Part shown: one piece after another, positions 63,640 through 64,000 of the stretch
Numbering within the stretch: position 1 is the stretch's first letter
How the letters are laid out: the number at the start of each line of letters is the position of its first letter
DNA from: Macrostomum lignano
Taxonomy: Eukaryota
Direction of reading: 5' to 3'
DNA: 64,000 nt
Assembly: GCA_002269645.1 (NCBI GenBank)
Contig: NIVC01000044.1
Coordinates: forward strand, 119,498 to 183,497
Program-made: the position numbers and the translations under genes
Notes under the pieces: generated by a model
Database searches by the model: none
Told to the model about the DNA's origin: nothing
The model's input: the letters and a program-made list of their open reading frames with translations, nothing else

Positions 63640-64000
63640 GAGGGTATCATAACGAAGGATTAGAGGGTATCATAAGGAAGGGTGAGAGGGCAGCTAGAGG
63701 GTATCATAACGAAGGATAGAGGGTAGCTAGAGGGTATCATATGGAAGGGTGAGAGGGCAGCTAGAGGGTATCATAACGAAGGAATAGAGGGTAGCTGGAG
63801 GGTATCATATGGAAGGGTGAGAGGGCAGCTAGAGGGTATCATAACGAAGGAATAGAGGGTAGCTAGAGGGTATCATATGGAAGGGTGAGAGGGCAGCTAG
63901 AGGGTATCATAACGAAGGAATAGAGGGTAGCTGGAGGGTATCATAAGGAAGGTGAGAGGGCAGCTAGAGGGTATCATAAGGAAGGATTAGAGGGCAGCTA
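63640..64000. repeat. ~33-34-bp unit AGAGGGTATCATAACGAAGGAATAGAGGGTAGCT, running off the window
   Basis: Direct inspection. Confidence 0.9.

Overview
Animal (metazoan) genomic DNA: GC-rich spliced exons separated by AT-rich introns packed with minisatellites. The style is consistent with a flatworm such as Macrostomum, which is an inference and was not verified. No prokaryotic features or CRISPR arrays are present. Three spliced genes can be reconstructed by hand on the minus strand: a DENND5/RAB6IP1 homologue (19920-39012, 11 exons plus a candidate microexon), a PPP1R10/PNUTS homologue (56678-61011, 5' end missing, one frameshift), and a 183-aa secreted protein with two six-cysteine modules (15330-18176). 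An orphan ~245-aa gene is present as two near-identical copies in inverted orientation 48 kb apart (3087-4053 and 51995-52961). The window also holds a tRNA-Ser(CGA), a young mariner inserted 8 nt from a DENND5 splice donor, a 5'-truncated RTE-like LINE with an 11-bp TSD, a tRNA/CORE-like SINE, MITEs, fossil mariner and EnSpm fragments, two short 28S rRNA fragments and about 30 distinct tandem repeats. Most ORFs in the supplied track are translations of these tandem repeats. All coordinates and frames were read by eye; no database search was run.
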